A DNA stretch of 64,000 nucleotides from a bacterium. GTDB taxonomy: Bacteria; Patescibacteriota; Minisyncoccia; Minisyncoccales; GWA2-46-15. The stretch lies in NCBI GenBank assembly GCA_030693425.1, contig JAUYAM010000002.1, positions 320,632 to 384,631 on the forward strand, read 5' to 3'. A program made the position numbers and the translations under genes. The notes below the pieces were generated by a model. That model was not told where the DNA came from and searched no databases. It saw only the letters and a program-made list of their open reading frames with translations. Position 1 is the first letter of the stretch. The number at the start of each line of letters is the position of its first letter. This document shows positions 8,930-18,103 of this stretch, piece after piece.

Positions 8930-9110
8930 TCCTGAGCTCTTCGAGCTCCTCGAGTTCCTCGAATCCCTCGGGACTGAGTCCTCGGGACGAATGTCTGAGT
9001 GATCTCGGAATCGAAGATCTGAGCGATCTCGGAGTCGAAGACCTGAGCCTCAGAGCCGAAGGCCTGAGTCGTATGAAGGACCTGTCCTAAGTCGTATGAA
9101 GGATTGGCGA
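8930..9110. repeat. Degenerate tandem array of REP-like units (ctgag..ctcgg..cgaag)
   Basis: 24-nt units tctgagtgatctcggaatcgaaga (8994-9017) and tctgagcgatctcggagtcgaaga (9018-9041), with weaker copies either side. gtcgtatgaagga occurs twice (9068-9080, 9091-9103). The 27-mer at 9041-9067 is identical to 34561-34587. Confidence 0.7.
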
Positions 9111-9140
9111 CAAAAAACCAAGCCCGAGAACGGGCTTGGT
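9111..9140 (-). terminator. Intrinsic terminator of the cold-shock gene
   Basis: Minus strand reads accaagcccg-ttct-cgggcttggt followed by tttttt. Confidence 0.75.
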
Positions 9141-9167
9141 TTCTGTCTAATCTTGGTAGACCAACTC

Positions 9168-9371
9168 TTAAATTTTGGTCACGTTTGTGGCGTTGGGCCC
9201 TTTGGGAGAATCGGTCTTTTCAAAAGAGACTCTGTCGCCTACTTTTAAATCTTCGTAGGCCACGTCTTTGAGCTCGTTCCTGTGAAAAAACAAGTCTTTT
9301 TCTTCTCCATCAACGGTAATGAACCCAAATCCTCTGTCTGTAAGATTTTTAATTGTTCCTTCCATGGTCAC
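9168..9371 (-). CDS. Cold-shock protein, CspA family
   Basis: GTIKNLTDRGFGFITVDGEEKDLFFH carries the RNP1-like KGFGFI-type and RNP2-like VFVH-type motifs of a CSD. Size is 65-67 aa. Confidence 0.9.
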   Translation of the reverse strand: MTMEGTIKNLTDRGFGFITVDGEEKDLFFHRNELKDVAYEDLKVGDRVSFEKTDSPKGPNATNVTKI

Positions 9372-9530
9372 AGTTAAATATAAATTAATTTAATTAATAT
9401 TTTAAGGTTTTACCCTAAAGTTTAGTTCCCTTAATAAACTCGACGAAGTTTTTATAAGCGAAGCTTGAAAACTACGTTTTAAAGCAAGCTTTCAAACTTG
9501 TTTATATAAGGTACCTATCTTACATAAATA

Positions 9531-9559
9531 ATCCTAGCACCTAAAAACCAATCTGTCAA
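9531..9559 (-). promoter_or_regulatory. Sigma70-type promoter of the csp gene with a long AT-rich leader
   Basis: Minus strand has TTGACA (9559-9554), a 17-nt spacer, then TAGGAT (9536-9531). This implies a leader of about 150 nt to ATG 9371, as is usual for csp mRNAs. Confidence 0.55.
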
Positions 9560-9626
9560 TCTAAACCTATTGATTAGAGTAAAAACCAACAACAAGATGT
9601 TAAATAGCTAAATTCTCAAATGTTCT

Positions 9627-10037
9627 TTACTCATTACAAGGCGCTTCTATTTTGTCCTTAGCAGGCCCTTGATAACACTTGCATTCCCCGCATGTTCCAT
9701 GGCAAATATCCGTACCGCTGTCGCATACTACGCCCGAAGGACAAGTGAACTTTTCAAGCTGTCCGGAACATTCGCAGACAATATCTCCAAATGTATTCCA
9801 TCCTCCGCAGGAAACGCCTTCTTCTATTTCGTATTCAGGACAGGGCGCAAACTCACAATCAGGGCCCGTGCGGCCAACAGCAGACCCATCGGGACAAATT
9901 TTTGCCTCCTTCGTGCAAGCGCCTGATTTTTGAGCCTTCTTTCCTAAAAAATAATACGTTCCCCCGGCCGCGACTAAAATTCCAACGATCATTAAAATTA
10001 TTAAAATTGGCGCGATTCCTTTATTGAAACATTTCAT
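9627..10037 (-). CDS. Secreted/membrane-anchored Cys-rich small protein
   Basis: N-terminal TM helix (IAPILIILMIVGILVAAGG) followed by 16 Cys in about 100 aa. Confidence 0.6.
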   Translation of the reverse strand: MKCFNKGIAPILIILMIVGILVAAGGTYYFLGKKAQKSGACTKEAKICPDGSAVGRTGPDCEFAPCPEYEIEEGVSCGGWNTFGDIVCECSGQLEKFTCPSGVVCDSGTDICHGTCGECKCYQGPAKDKIEAPCNE

Positions 10038-10068
10038 AGATTTTAACGTTAGTTAATTATCTTTTTCT

Positions 10069-10077
10069 ATTCTATCA
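10069..10077 (-). promoter_or_regulatory. Extended -10 promoter TGaTAGAAT fused to an upstream terminator T-tract
   Basis: Minus strand reads cgggccgggcggttttttGATAGAAT, 31 nt upstream of ATG 10037. Confidence 0.45.
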
Positions 10078-10196
10078 AAAAACCGCCCGGCCCGTAAAGC
10101 ATAGGGGCGATCACTCTAATCGCTAAATTACTAAGATACTAATAAACTCGTTTATCTTGCCTACGGGACGCTTTGCCTGTCCGCAGGAGGAACAGT

Positions 10197-11402
10197 CTAC
10201 CCATTTTCATTTAAGGGTTCTAGCGTTTCTTTCTTAAGAGGAGAAAGTATAAACAGGCCCAGTGACAATGCCCCGACAAGAAACAGAGCTATGGTCAAGG
10301 ACTTATCTGCTATAAGGCCAACAAGTGGATTTAGCGCTACGAGCATAAATCTTTTGAACATAGAAATTGACGACAGAATCGTCGCCCTTTGTTCAGAAGG
10401 AATGAGCTTGTTCATGTAGACAAACATGAGTTCAAGCCTTGTCAACCCGAAACCGCCGGCAAAGAGCAAGAATAATATTACCGTAAAGACATTGGGCAGA
10501 ACCGCCACTAATAAAAAGGTGGCTCCGGTAGCCAATGTTCCGAACTTCAAGAAATTTTTACCAGAACCAAACAGTTTTTCAAGTCTAACAAAATTACTGG
10601 TTATAATAATTTCTGTGGCAACCAAAAATGCGTGGAAATAGCCGAAATACAAAACAGGGACATTAAGACGAATAAGCAAGGCTTGATAAAACCAAACAAC
10701 AAAATAAGCGGCAGCGGCAACCAGGATTCCGTCAATGGCAATAATTCTTAATTTCTTATGATGACGCAGGAATGAAATTCCTTTTTTAGCAATGTCTAAA
10801 TAACGCCTTGATTCTAAAGTTGTTTGATATCGCTTCGGCTCATTTATAAGAAAAGCAATGATTGCCGCCAAAAGAAAAGGAATGCAAGAAAACAGCATCG
10901 GCGCATTTAACCCGAACTTGGCCGCAACAATACCGCCCAAAGGAGCGGATACAAACATGGCTAGATACTCAAAAGATTTAGCTCGACCGAAAACTTTTTT
11001 ACTGTCTTCTTCCCGGTTAGATTCCTTAAGAGCATCGTACAATAAAGCTTTGTCAGCTCCGGACATAAACGCTATTGCGATCGCGAAAAGAAACTCCCCC
11101 GCCAGAAACATTTCGAAACGGGGAAAGCTTCCGTAAAGTATGGCTGCAAGGGCGACAATAACTCCTCCTGCGGCAAGGGAATATTTACGCCCAAAACGGT
11201 CCGCAACAATGCCGGTGGGAATCTCCAAGATGAAGATCCAGAACATAAACCACGACTGAAGAAGCTGAACCCTGAACAAAGATATTCCTCCCCAGACGGT
11301 GAAAAAGGGAATGAGGACTGCCGAAAACAGGGAAAACGCCTTAAAAAAGCTGAAGGCGTAATAAAGATGGACAGTGTTGAAAGTTTTGCGGTTCATTAAC
11401 AT
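10197..11402 (-). CDS. MFS transporter
   Basis: 401 aa, about 12 TM helices, and the loop motif GIVADRFGRKYSL (MFS D-R-x-G-R-K/R) between TM2 and TM3. Confidence 0.8.
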   Translation of the reverse strand: MLMNRKTFNTVHLYYAFSFFKAFSLFSAVLIPFFTVWGGISLFRVQLLQSWFMFWIFILEIPTGIVADRFGRKYSLAAGGVIVALAAILYGSFPRFEMFLAGEFLFAIAIAFMSGADKALLYDALKESNREEDSKKVFGRAKSFEYLAMFVSAPLGGIVAAKFGLNAPMLFSCIPFLLAAIIAFLINEPKRYQTTLESRRYLDIAKKGISFLRHHKKLRIIAIDGILVAAAAYFVVWFYQALLIRLNVPVLYFGYFHAFLVATEIIITSNFVRLEKLFGSGKNFLKFGTLATGATFLLVAVLPNVFTVILFLLFAGGFGLTRLELMFVYMNKLIPSEQRATILSSISMFKRFMLVALNPLVGLIADKSLTIALFLVGALSLGLFILSPLKKETLEPLNENG

Positions 11403-11408
11403 ATAATC

Positions 11409-11417
11409 AGTCTACCA
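11409..11417 (-). promoter_or_regulatory. Extended -10 TGgTAGACT; candidate leaderless transcript
   Basis: Minus strand reads gggttttttGGTAGACTgattatATG, with only 6 nt between the box and ATG 11402. Confidence 0.35.
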
Positions 11418-11468
11418 AAAAACCCACAAAGCAAAAACCCCGATTAAGGGGTTTTGCTTTAGTAATCA

Positions 11469-11795
11469 TTACCAGCGGTCTCTGTCGTTTCCGCCAAATC
11501 CTCTGCCGCCGCGGTTGAATCCTCCGCCCTGGCGGGGAGCTCTCGGCTCCATCGGACGAGCTTCGTTCACGGTAACGTTCCTGCCGTCGATATCCTTGCC
11601 ATTGAACATTTCAATGGCTTTTTGGGCCTCTTCGTCAGACGACATTTCCACAAACCCGAATCCCTTTGAACGACCGGACATTCTATCGATAATCACGGTC
11701 GCTGTTTCAACGGTCCCGGCTTTAGCAAAAGTCTCTTTCAAAGTCGCGTCGGTAGTGTCATAAGACAGCCCGCCTACGTATAACTTCTTTGCCAT
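11469..11795 (-). CDS. RRM-type RNA-binding protein with RGG tail
   Basis: RNP2 KLYVGGL, RNP1 KGFGFVEM, and the C-terminal tail QGGGFNRGGRGFGGNDRDRW. Confidence 0.9.
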   Translation of the reverse strand: MAKKLYVGGLSYDTTDATLKETFAKAGTVETATVIIDRMSGRSKGFGFVEMSSDEEAQKAIEMFNGKDIDGRNVTVNEARPMEPRAPRQGGGFNRGGRGFGGNDRDRW

Positions 11796-11975
11796 GTTGA
11801 TCTTTTAATAGTTTTATTATCAGTAAGCCGACCTGCTATCTCATTTCTATTCTACGGCTTACTGCTAACAGAAACCCAAGAAAGAAATTCAATAGAAACT
11901 TACTCACGTTTGATATATTACATCTTTTCCTCCAGAAAAGCAAGCCGTTAGTCAACCGCCCGATTGCGACCAGCC

Positions 11976-12008
11976 AAATGGCGTCAAAAACTAGAGTTGA
12001 CACCATTT
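11976..12008. repeat. Hairpin repeat family 'aaatgg(c/t)gtcaa-N9-ttgacaccattt' (terminator-like), copy 1
   Basis: aaatggcgtcaaaaactagagttgacaccattt. Paralogs lie at 17382-17416 (perfect 13-bp stem) and 18437-18470 (degenerate). All three sit at 3' ends of minus-strand genes. Confidence 0.6.
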
Positions 12009-12021
12009 TATTTCGTCATAA

Positions 12022-13818
12022 TCAGTTTTTGGGAAGAAAGCCGCCCGCTTGAATATTCCAAAGCTTGGCGTAGAGGCTGCCATCTTTTTTGATCAGATCT
12101 TCGTGAGTGCCTTCTTCGAAAACCGAACCGTTTTTTATAACCACAATTCTGTTCATTTTTCTGATCGTCGACAAGCGGTGAGCAATAACGATAACCGTTT
12201 TACCCTTCATGAGAACATCAAGGGCGTTTTGAATTAAACCTTCCGAATGAGAATCCAAACTAGAGGTCGCTTCGTCTAAAATCAATATCGGAGAATTTTT
12301 AAGAATGGCGCGGGCGATAGCCACGCGCTGTCGTTCTCCGCCGGAGAGCTTAATCCCCCGATCGCCCACATAAGTTTCGTATTTATTGGGCAGGTATTCG
12401 ACAAACTCATCGCAGTGGGCCAGGCGCGCGGCTTCAATAATTTCTTTGTTTGTCGCCGACGGCTTGCCATATCCTATATTTTCCATAATAGTGCGATGAA
12501 AAAGCAAAGGATCTTGCGGCACCAGGCTTATATTTCCCCTTAGGCTTTCTAATGTCACATGATGGATCTTCTGTCCGTTGATGGTGATTTTGCCGCTGGT
12601 TAAATCGTAAAAACGCAGCATCAATCTGATGAGCGTTGTCTTCCCGGCTCCCGAAGGACCGATGATGGCCACTTTCTCGCCCGGGTTGATTTTTAGATTT
12701 ATTTTCTTCAGCACCTGTCGGGTCTTATTGAAAGAAAAACTGACGTCTTTGAAGATTATCTCGCTCGAAGAGATGTCGAGAGGTTTCGCGAGCGGCGTAT
12801 CCTTAATTTCATGCGGGAGTTTTATGATCTCCACCATTTCTTTTGCGTCAGCATAACTTTCGTAAAAATCGCGGATAATACGGCTAAAGCCCCATAATCT
12901 AGAACCAAGCCCGATAATATATAATTGGATGAGGACGAAGACGCCCAGCGTTACTATGCCTTGCTGCCAATAACGAATAGAAAAATAAAAGATAAAGAAT
13001 TCTATCAAGACAATGAGCGCCGCTTGAATGGAATCAAGCCCGGCATCAGTATTCCAATTTGAAAGAGTTATTTTTGCCTGATCCTCCGTCACTCTTTTAA
13101 ACCGGCGGGATTCTTCTTTGTGACGCCAGAAAACATCGACATTGTTTTGATTGGCGATGGCGTCAGAAAGCATGGCCGTTGTCCGTGAATCTGCCTCCGT
13201 CATTTTAAGGCTGTATTTCAATCTCCAGGTTGAATAAAAATAATTTATGATTAAATACAAGATTGTCCAGCCGATAATTAAGATAGAGAGAGCTGGTTTA
13301 ACCGTCCAGGTAATAATGGTAATTCCAACAATGCGAACCAGAAGAGATAAAAGATCCCAAACGATACGGTCGGTAATGCGCTCGAAGGCTCGGGCGTAAC
13401 GCCCGACTCGTTGGACTAAAGCCCCTGTAAAATTATTAATGAAAAAACTGTATGAGTGGTATGTCAGATAATCATAAGCTTGCTGCCTTAGCCCGGCCAT
13501 TGTTTTTGCCTCAAAATGACTGTTGGCAAACGAGCCGATGCGCCAAGACGTCCAAGCGCCAGCACCCAGAATTAAAATAACGAAAATGGCACGAAAAAGT
13601 TGAGAAGCGATAATCTCTTTGTTTTGCCCCGAAGAGAGGATGTCAAAGAAGTGTTTATAATAAATTGGGATGATAACCTCAAAGAGGCTGGCGGCAACCA
13701 CTCCGGATATAGTCAAAAATAATGAAATCCAATGTTTGCGCGCTACTTGCCACAAGAAAAACAATACATCTGTAATATGTACTTCCGGATAGATTATGTT
13801 AGATTTTTTAGATTTCAT
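12022..13818 (-). CDS. ABC exporter, fused permease/ATPase (MsbA/type-1 exporter fold)
   Basis: Six-TM N-terminal half, Walker A GPSGAGKTT, signature LSGGERQRVAIARA, and Walker B ILILDEATS. The track start at 13830 is TTG; ATG at 13818 is preferred. Confidence 0.9.
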   Translation of the reverse strand: MKSKKSNIIYPEVHITDVLFFLWQVARKHWISLFLTISGVVAASLFEVIIPIYYKHFFDILSSGQNKEIIASQLFRAIFVILILGAGAWTSWRIGSFANSHFEAKTMAGLRQQAYDYLTYHSYSFFINNFTGALVQRVGRYARAFERITDRIVWDLLSLLVRIVGITIITWTVKPALSILIIGWTILYLIINYFYSTWRLKYSLKMTEADSRTTAMLSDAIANQNNVDVFWRHKEESRRFKRVTEDQAKITLSNWNTDAGLDSIQAALIVLIEFFIFYFSIRYWQQGIVTLGVFVLIQLYIIGLGSRLWGFSRIIRDFYESYADAKEMVEIIKLPHEIKDTPLAKPLDISSSEIIFKDVSFSFNKTRQVLKKINLKINPGEKVAIIGPSGAGKTTLIRLMLRFYDLTSGKITINGQKIHHVTLESLRGNISLVPQDPLLFHRTIMENIGYGKPSATNKEIIEAARLAHCDEFVEYLPNKYETYVGDRGIKLSGGERQRVAIARAILKNSPILILDEATSSLDSHSEGLIQNALDVLMKGKTVIVIAHRLSTIRKMNRIVVIKNGSVFEEGTHEDLIKKDGSLYAKLWNIQAGGFLPKN

Positions 13819-13876
13819 AGGCCAAGACAAGCGGAGAATGTCATTTTTCTAAATCAAGGGTTTCGTCAATGCGACA

Positions 13877-13973
13877 GAAAAGGGGTCAGGTACCTTTTTT
13901 GACTAATGCATAATATACTTTCTTAATGCCTCGTGCTTCTCGCATGGCCTAAAAAGGTACCTGACCCCTTTTC
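13877..13973. repeat. Perfect 23-bp inverted repeat pair (gaaaaggggtcaggtaccttttt) around a 50-bp core
   Basis: The left arm is 13877-13900 and the right arm is 13951-13973. The arm sequence recurs as solo copies at 20622-20646 and 21913-21939. Confidence 0.8.
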
Positions 13974-13978
13974 TTGCA

Positions 13979-14581
13979 TTACCATTTTAACAAAAAATCG
14001 TGATGAGAATCTCCTCGGTGGACGCATTTTACCTCTTCACAACTGACAGCTTTGCCAACCACCATGCTGAGTATGCCAGAAAAATATCCCATCAAGCTTG
14101 AGCACATATACGGGTCGCCGGTAAAATCATTTAGCCTAACTATAAACTGCTTTCCGCTCTTGTCTATTTTTACTGCTTTGAGGCTGCCGATCGAAAACTG
14201 ATCCCTCCACATTTTCGGAACTACTTGAGCCAAGCGCTCTAAAGAAGCAAAATGGCTTAAAAATATTCTGATCAGGGGTGACGAATTTTTAGCTTCTGCT
14301 TTTCCCATTTCCGAAAATCTTTTCTCGTCATAGCCAAAAAGTCTATGAAGAGCGGTAAAATGAAACATAAATAATCCCAATGGGTAGAAACTCGTTGATT
14401 TTATTTCCTTGTATTTTAGGGGATAGTCAAAGTCAACCATGGCTTGCTCAAGTTTTTTTACCCCCTCTTCGCCTTGGTCTTTTTGGATGTAATCGGCCTT
14501 GGTCATAAGAAAAAGACCCTTAACCTCGCCGGGAATTTCCATAAATTTTTTTGCTTCTTCTTTAGAGACTATTTTTTCCAT
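13979..14581 (-). CDS. Hypothetical ligand-binding-type protein (V4R/DUF2378-like, tentative)
   Basis: 200 aa and soluble. The C-terminus MCSSLMGYFSGILSMVVGKAVSCEEVKCVHRGDSHHDFLLKW resembles V4R-type C-terminal Cys/His patterns. The assignment is weak. Confidence 0.3.
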   Translation of the reverse strand: MEKIVSKEEAKKFMEIPGEVKGLFLMTKADYIQKDQGEEGVKKLEQAMVDFDYPLKYKEIKSTSFYPLGLFMFHFTALHRLFGYDEKRFSEMGKAEAKNSSPLIRIFLSHFASLERLAQVVPKMWRDQFSIGSLKAVKIDKSGKQFIVRLNDFTGDPYMCSSLMGYFSGILSMVVGKAVSCEEVKCVHRGDSHHDFLLKW

Positions 14582-15126
14582 ATGTTTTTGTTAGATTTAT
14601 TATATTCGCTTGGCAAGGCTGTTCCAAAACGCTTGTGCAAGGCGTAGACGTCCTTGAAATCATCCTTTTTAAGCTTATAACCGGTATGGGATTTAACTGA
14701 ATACTCTGCCGAAACGCATTTTACGGCATACCCTCGAATTATGCCCGATCCGGCAAGCGAGGCCGCCGGATACATCATCCCTTTTTCTTTAGGCCCGTAG
14801 AGTCCGTTGCCCTTTTTGTCAAAAGCAATCGCGTGTACATCTACTTGGCGTCCTTTATCGTTGCCCAAGACAAAGTTCCAGGCGCTGGTATCGTCTCTTT
14901 CCACGTCTTTGTAGCCGCGCTCTTCAAGCAGGCCACGCAGTTTTGGCACGTCTTTGCGCTGAACGACTATATCCAAATCACTGTGGGAGCGCGTCTGCTT
15001 GCCCAAAAGAGCATCAACGGCCCAGCCGCCGTCGAGCCAGACATCAATATTTTTAGCCTCCAGCAGTCTTACGGTATCAAGGACATCTTTTGCCTCCATT
15101 ACCGTTTTTAACTCTCTTTTTCGCAT
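14569..15126 (-). CDS. Nucleotidyltransferase of the ANT(2'')/lincosamide-NTase-like family
   Basis: DVWLDGGWAVDALLGKQTRSHSDLDIVV closely parallels the LWIGGGWAIDARLGRVTRKHDDIDL core of aminoglycoside 2''-nucleotidyltransferase. Size is 185 aa. Confidence 0.65.
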   Translation of the reverse strand: MRKRELKTVMEAKDVLDTVRLLEAKNIDVWLDGGWAVDALLGKQTRSHSDLDIVVQRKDVPKLRGLLEERGYKDVERDDTSAWNFVLGNDKGRQVDVHAIAFDKKGNGLYGPKEKGMMYPAASLAGSGIIRGYAVKCVSAEYSVKSHTGYKLKKDDFKDVYALHKRFGTALPSEYNKSNKNIWKK

Positions 15127-15168
15127 ATTTCAATATCGATTTTACCTGGCCAAAGATTTTTAGTCTTT

Positions 15169-15669
15169 TTAGATACGAGGTAAAATCTTTTTTCTTAATT
15201 CGGCGGTAAAAAATCCCAATCCAAGGCCAACCATCAATAATATCCAAAACATGGGTATGATGTTAAACGAAGTCGCTTTCTCTCCTCCGAACCCGCCGAA
15301 AAAATAAGCAAAATAGCTCGTATAAGAGAGGAAATAGGCGGGCGTCATGCTAAACAGTTTGATCGGTTCCAGCAATAGGATAAATAGAGCCGCAAAAAAT
15401 ACCGCCACAGGCATCGCCAGGGTTTCCCCGGTTAAATTAGAGATGGGGAGAACGGCAATCAGCGTTAAATAGCCGAAGATCATTCCGTTTGTAAGCCCGG
15501 CTATTTCTTTGGGCAGTTCAGATGGTTTCCCGCCAGCGATAAAATATAATGCCCAGCTGATGAATGGGAGCCAGAGGGCGCTGACTTGAAAATATTGAGC
15601 GATTAAAACATAAACAGCGGCTGTTAGGGCAATCGCGACGGCCGTTGGCAAAAGCTGGACAAATCTCAT
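15169..15669 (-). CDS. Small polytopic membrane protein (DUF1097-like, tentative)
   Basis: 166 aa with 4-5 TM helices and no catalytic motifs. Confidence 0.5.
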   Translation of the reverse strand: MRFVQLLPTAVAIALTAAVYVLIAQYFQVSALWLPFISWALYFIAGGKPSELPKEIAGLTNGMIFGYLTLIAVLPISNLTGETLAMPVAVFFAALFILLLEPIKLFSMTPAYFLSYTSYFAYFFGGFGGEKATSFNIIPMFWILLMVGLGLGFFTAELRKKILPRI

Positions 15670-15696
15670 CTCTTCAAAGATTAAGATTAATGATAT

Positions 15697-15705
15697 ATCT
15701 TACCA
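15697..15705 (-). promoter_or_regulatory. Extended -10 TGgTAAGAT after a T-tract
   Basis: Minus strand reads ggggttttttGGTAAGATatatcatt, 27 nt upstream of ATG 15669. Confidence 0.35.
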
Positions 15706-15779
15706 AAAAACCCCGCGCAAAAACAGAGTTTTGACATATCAAGCCTTCGACTTGCTATAGCAGTTAGTAAACTGATATA

Positions 15780-16361
15780 TCAAACCTCTGGTTTGCTATA
15801 GAGAAAATCTGCTATTCTCTTAATAACTGCGCTCACCGCAACGGCGAAAAGAATATAAATAGTTCCCACAAAACAAATAAGAAATGCTGCCAATAAGTTT
15901 AAGGCAATGTTATCCCAAAGACCGCCTAGTACAAAAGATATAAAAAAGCTCGGGAGGGCTAAAAAAATGTTAATAGCTAAAATAATCTCTATTTTCTTTT
16001 TAAATGTAAAATTAAATTTAACTCTTAAAATGCGGTTTATAAAACTTCCCAACATGTAAAGGGTGAGCGATAACCAGCCGTATATTATCAAAACAGTCCT
16101 TTTATCAATTTCAAAAGAATTGGGAACCCTGAAAAACACATTAATAATGCTAAAGAGTGGGGTTAATGTTCCGCCGAAAACCAGCTCTTGAAATAAAATC
16201 AGTACAACGCTAATTAAAAAAGCATAAAAAATAATTACCGGCACCATTACTAAATAACCGAGGTATTGAAAAATCTCAGCAAAAATCATCAATCCAGTAC
16301 GGCTCAAAAAATCATTTCTTTTTGCGGAAACATCCGCCTTTTTATAGACAAGATTAACCAT
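15780..16361 (-). CDS. Hypothetical polytopic membrane protein
   Basis: 193 aa with about 5 TM helices and no recognisable motif. Confidence 0.55.
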   Translation of the reverse strand: MVNLVYKKADVSAKRNDFLSRTGLMIFAEIFQYLGYLVMVPVIIFYAFLISVVLILFQELVFGGTLTPLFSIINVFFRVPNSFEIDKRTVLIIYGWLSLTLYMLGSFINRILRVKFNFTFKKKIEIILAINIFLALPSFFISFVLGGLWDNIALNLLAAFLICFVGTIYILFAVAVSAVIKRIADFLYSKPEV

Positions 16362-16590
16362 TGATTTACTTTAACAAAAACTCGCCAATGACAAAGGCGG
16401 ATAAAACTATTAACAAAAATGTCTTGTTTTTCTCGAAAAACTGCTTCATGGGCCCTACCTATATTCAAAATAGCCTTGTTTTAAGTAAAAGGCAACGGTT
16501 GCTGCCTGGCTTTTGGTTGTTTAGCTTGGCCAAGCAACTGCAAACGCTCTTGTAGTGAGTGTATCGAATCTACTCTTTCCCTTCAGAAAC

Positions 16591-17196
16591 TCATTCGTCT
16601 TTCAGCTGTTCTTCAATGACTTTAAAATCGTTTTTGAGGTCATCTAGCAGATGACGATTATAAACCGCCACCGCCGGGTGATATAAGGGAATGATGGTGT
16701 AATGTTTCTGGGTCAGCGGATCTTGAACTGCAAATTTTTTGCCTCTCAGCTTGCTGATGCCAAGACCGCTTTCGAGCACGCCAAAGTGCTCTAAAATAAA
16801 ATGGGTTGAGTGGTTGCCCAGACTAGCAATAACCTTGGGTTCTATGATCGAGATCTGCCTCAAAAGATAGGAAGCGCAGGCTTTAACTTCTTCTAAAGCC
16901 GGTTCCCGATTGGCCGGCGGTCTGCATTTTAAAATGTTGGCGATATAGACATCTTCTCTTTTGAGGCCGGCGGAAGATAAGAGCAAGTTTAAAACTTGGC
17001 CCGCCTCTCCGCAAAATGGCACTCCGGTTTTGTCCTCATTCGCCCCCGGCGCTTCACCGATGAACATAATTTTGGCGCCATGGTTTCCCTGACCGATGAC
17101 CGGAAAATTGCGAGTTTTGTAAAGTTGGCATCCTCGGCAGTTGATGACTTCCTCTTTTATCGCTAAAAGCAATTTGTCTTTTTGATTTTCCCTCAT
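16591..17196 (-). CDS. Uracil-DNA glycosylase, family 4
   Basis: CRGCQLYKTRNFPVIGQGNHGAKIMFIGEAPGANEDKTGVPFCGEAG (GEAPG motif A with Fe-S Cys residues) and HPAVAVYN (motif B). Confidence 0.85.
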   Translation of the reverse strand: MRENQKDKLLLAIKEEVINCRGCQLYKTRNFPVIGQGNHGAKIMFIGEAPGANEDKTGVPFCGEAGQVLNLLLSSAGLKREDVYIANILKCRPPANREPALEEVKACASYLLRQISIIEPKVIASLGNHSTHFILEHFGVLESGLGISKLRGKKFAVQDPLTQKHYTIIPLYHPAVAVYNRHLLDDLKNDFKVIEEQLKDE

Positions 17197-17381
17197 ATTT
17201 TATATTTTACGCTGGCGGCGGAAAATTCAAGTATTGAATAAATAGTCTCAGCCCTGATTTCTCATGATTTCTGAATCTTCTTAATCCTGCCTACCGAGTT
17301 TAAAGAAGTTATTAAGTATGTGAATGGTATATTCGGAATGGTTATTCTTGATGGGCGCGACATATTAGATTATCCTAACTA

Positions 17382-17416
17382 AAAATGGTGTCAAAAACCA
17401 GAGTTGACACCATTTT
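17382..17416. repeat. Hairpin repeat family copy 2 (perfect 13-bp stem)
   Basis: aaaatggtgtcaa-aaaccagag-ttgacaccatttt. Confidence 0.7.
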
Positions 17417-17482
17417 AACATTAACATGAAACGTAAACAGAAAAGGCGCCCGATGTTCCGGTACGCCAATTCTTGATGGCTG

Positions 17483-17659
17483 TTATGCCGTTTCCCAGCT
17501 CAGGAAACTCCAGTCAATTATTGCGCCTGCCCAATTTCGTTTGCCTACTATAACGCAGATAAGGCAAGCCAGGGCCAGCAAGCATAACCAAATGATGATG
17601 CTGGGGCCGGTGATCGGCAGTAATAGCCATTTGAGCCACTCAGGCAGCCCTTTTTTCAT
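17483..17659 (-). CDS. Small membrane protein (58 aa)
   Basis: A strong SD (aggaggcgcct) lies 6 nt upstream of ATG 17659. The product is MKKGLPEWLKWLLLPITGPSIIIWLCLLALACLICVIVG. The longer track ORF starts at a non-ATG codon. Confidence 0.5.
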   Translation of the reverse strand: MKKGLPEWLKWLLLPITGPSIIIWLCLLALACLICVIVGKRNWAGAIIDWSFLSWETA

Positions 17660-17773
17660 AGGCGCCTCCTCTCTTATAGTCAAGATACCATGTACATTTT
17701 GAATTGACAATATACTTGGAATTATAGTTTAATTACGACAAAGAAAGTCTTCATGAGAAGTGATGTTAAGGAG

Positions 17774-18100
17774 TTAAAAGAGCTGGCCATCTTCTTCTTT
17801 CTGGGAAAATATTATGGTGAAAGAAGAGAGGAGGAAAGAAACTAAAAGCCACCAAAGGATGTCCTCAAGATGGGTTAAGCCAATTTTGATGTCTAAAATT
17901 TTTTCGGGAGAATAAGCCCAGGTTTGCCACAAAAGCCCTAGAGGCCAAAGAAAATACCCATAAGTAGTTAAGATAAGAGTAGTGAGAAAAACCGTTTTGA
18001 CCTTTCTCTTCAGAATTGGAAAATAGTAGCCCCATAGAAGACAAATTAAAGGAAGAGCAAAAAATAAAGTATAAAAAAGATAAGTATTTTTTCCAAACAT
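17774..18100 (-). CDS. Lycopene-cyclase-domain protein (CrtYd-like half)
   Basis: 108 aa, 3 TM helices, with the motif WQTWAYSPEKILDIKIGLTHLEDILWW. Confidence 0.6.
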   Translation of the reverse strand: MFGKNTYLFYTLFFALPLICLLWGYYFPILKRKVKTVFLTTLILTTYGYFLWPLGLLWQTWAYSPEKILDIKIGLTHLEDILWWLLVSFLLSSFTIIFSQKEEDGQLF

Positions 18101-18103
18101 AGC

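Noticed and set aside
8893-9090. Track ORF encoding a poly-Ser/LSDLG-repeat peptide
   Set aside because: It lies entirely within the degenerate REP-like tandem array. It has no SD, and its periodicity comes from the DNA repeat.
17318-17382. Short frame reading ...VNGIFGMVILDGRDILDYPN*, reminiscent of the N-terminus of class-II glutamine amidotransferases (MCGIxG...)
   Set aside because: It is only about 20 codons, with no ATG-Cys start and no continuation. That is too little to call even a pseudogene.
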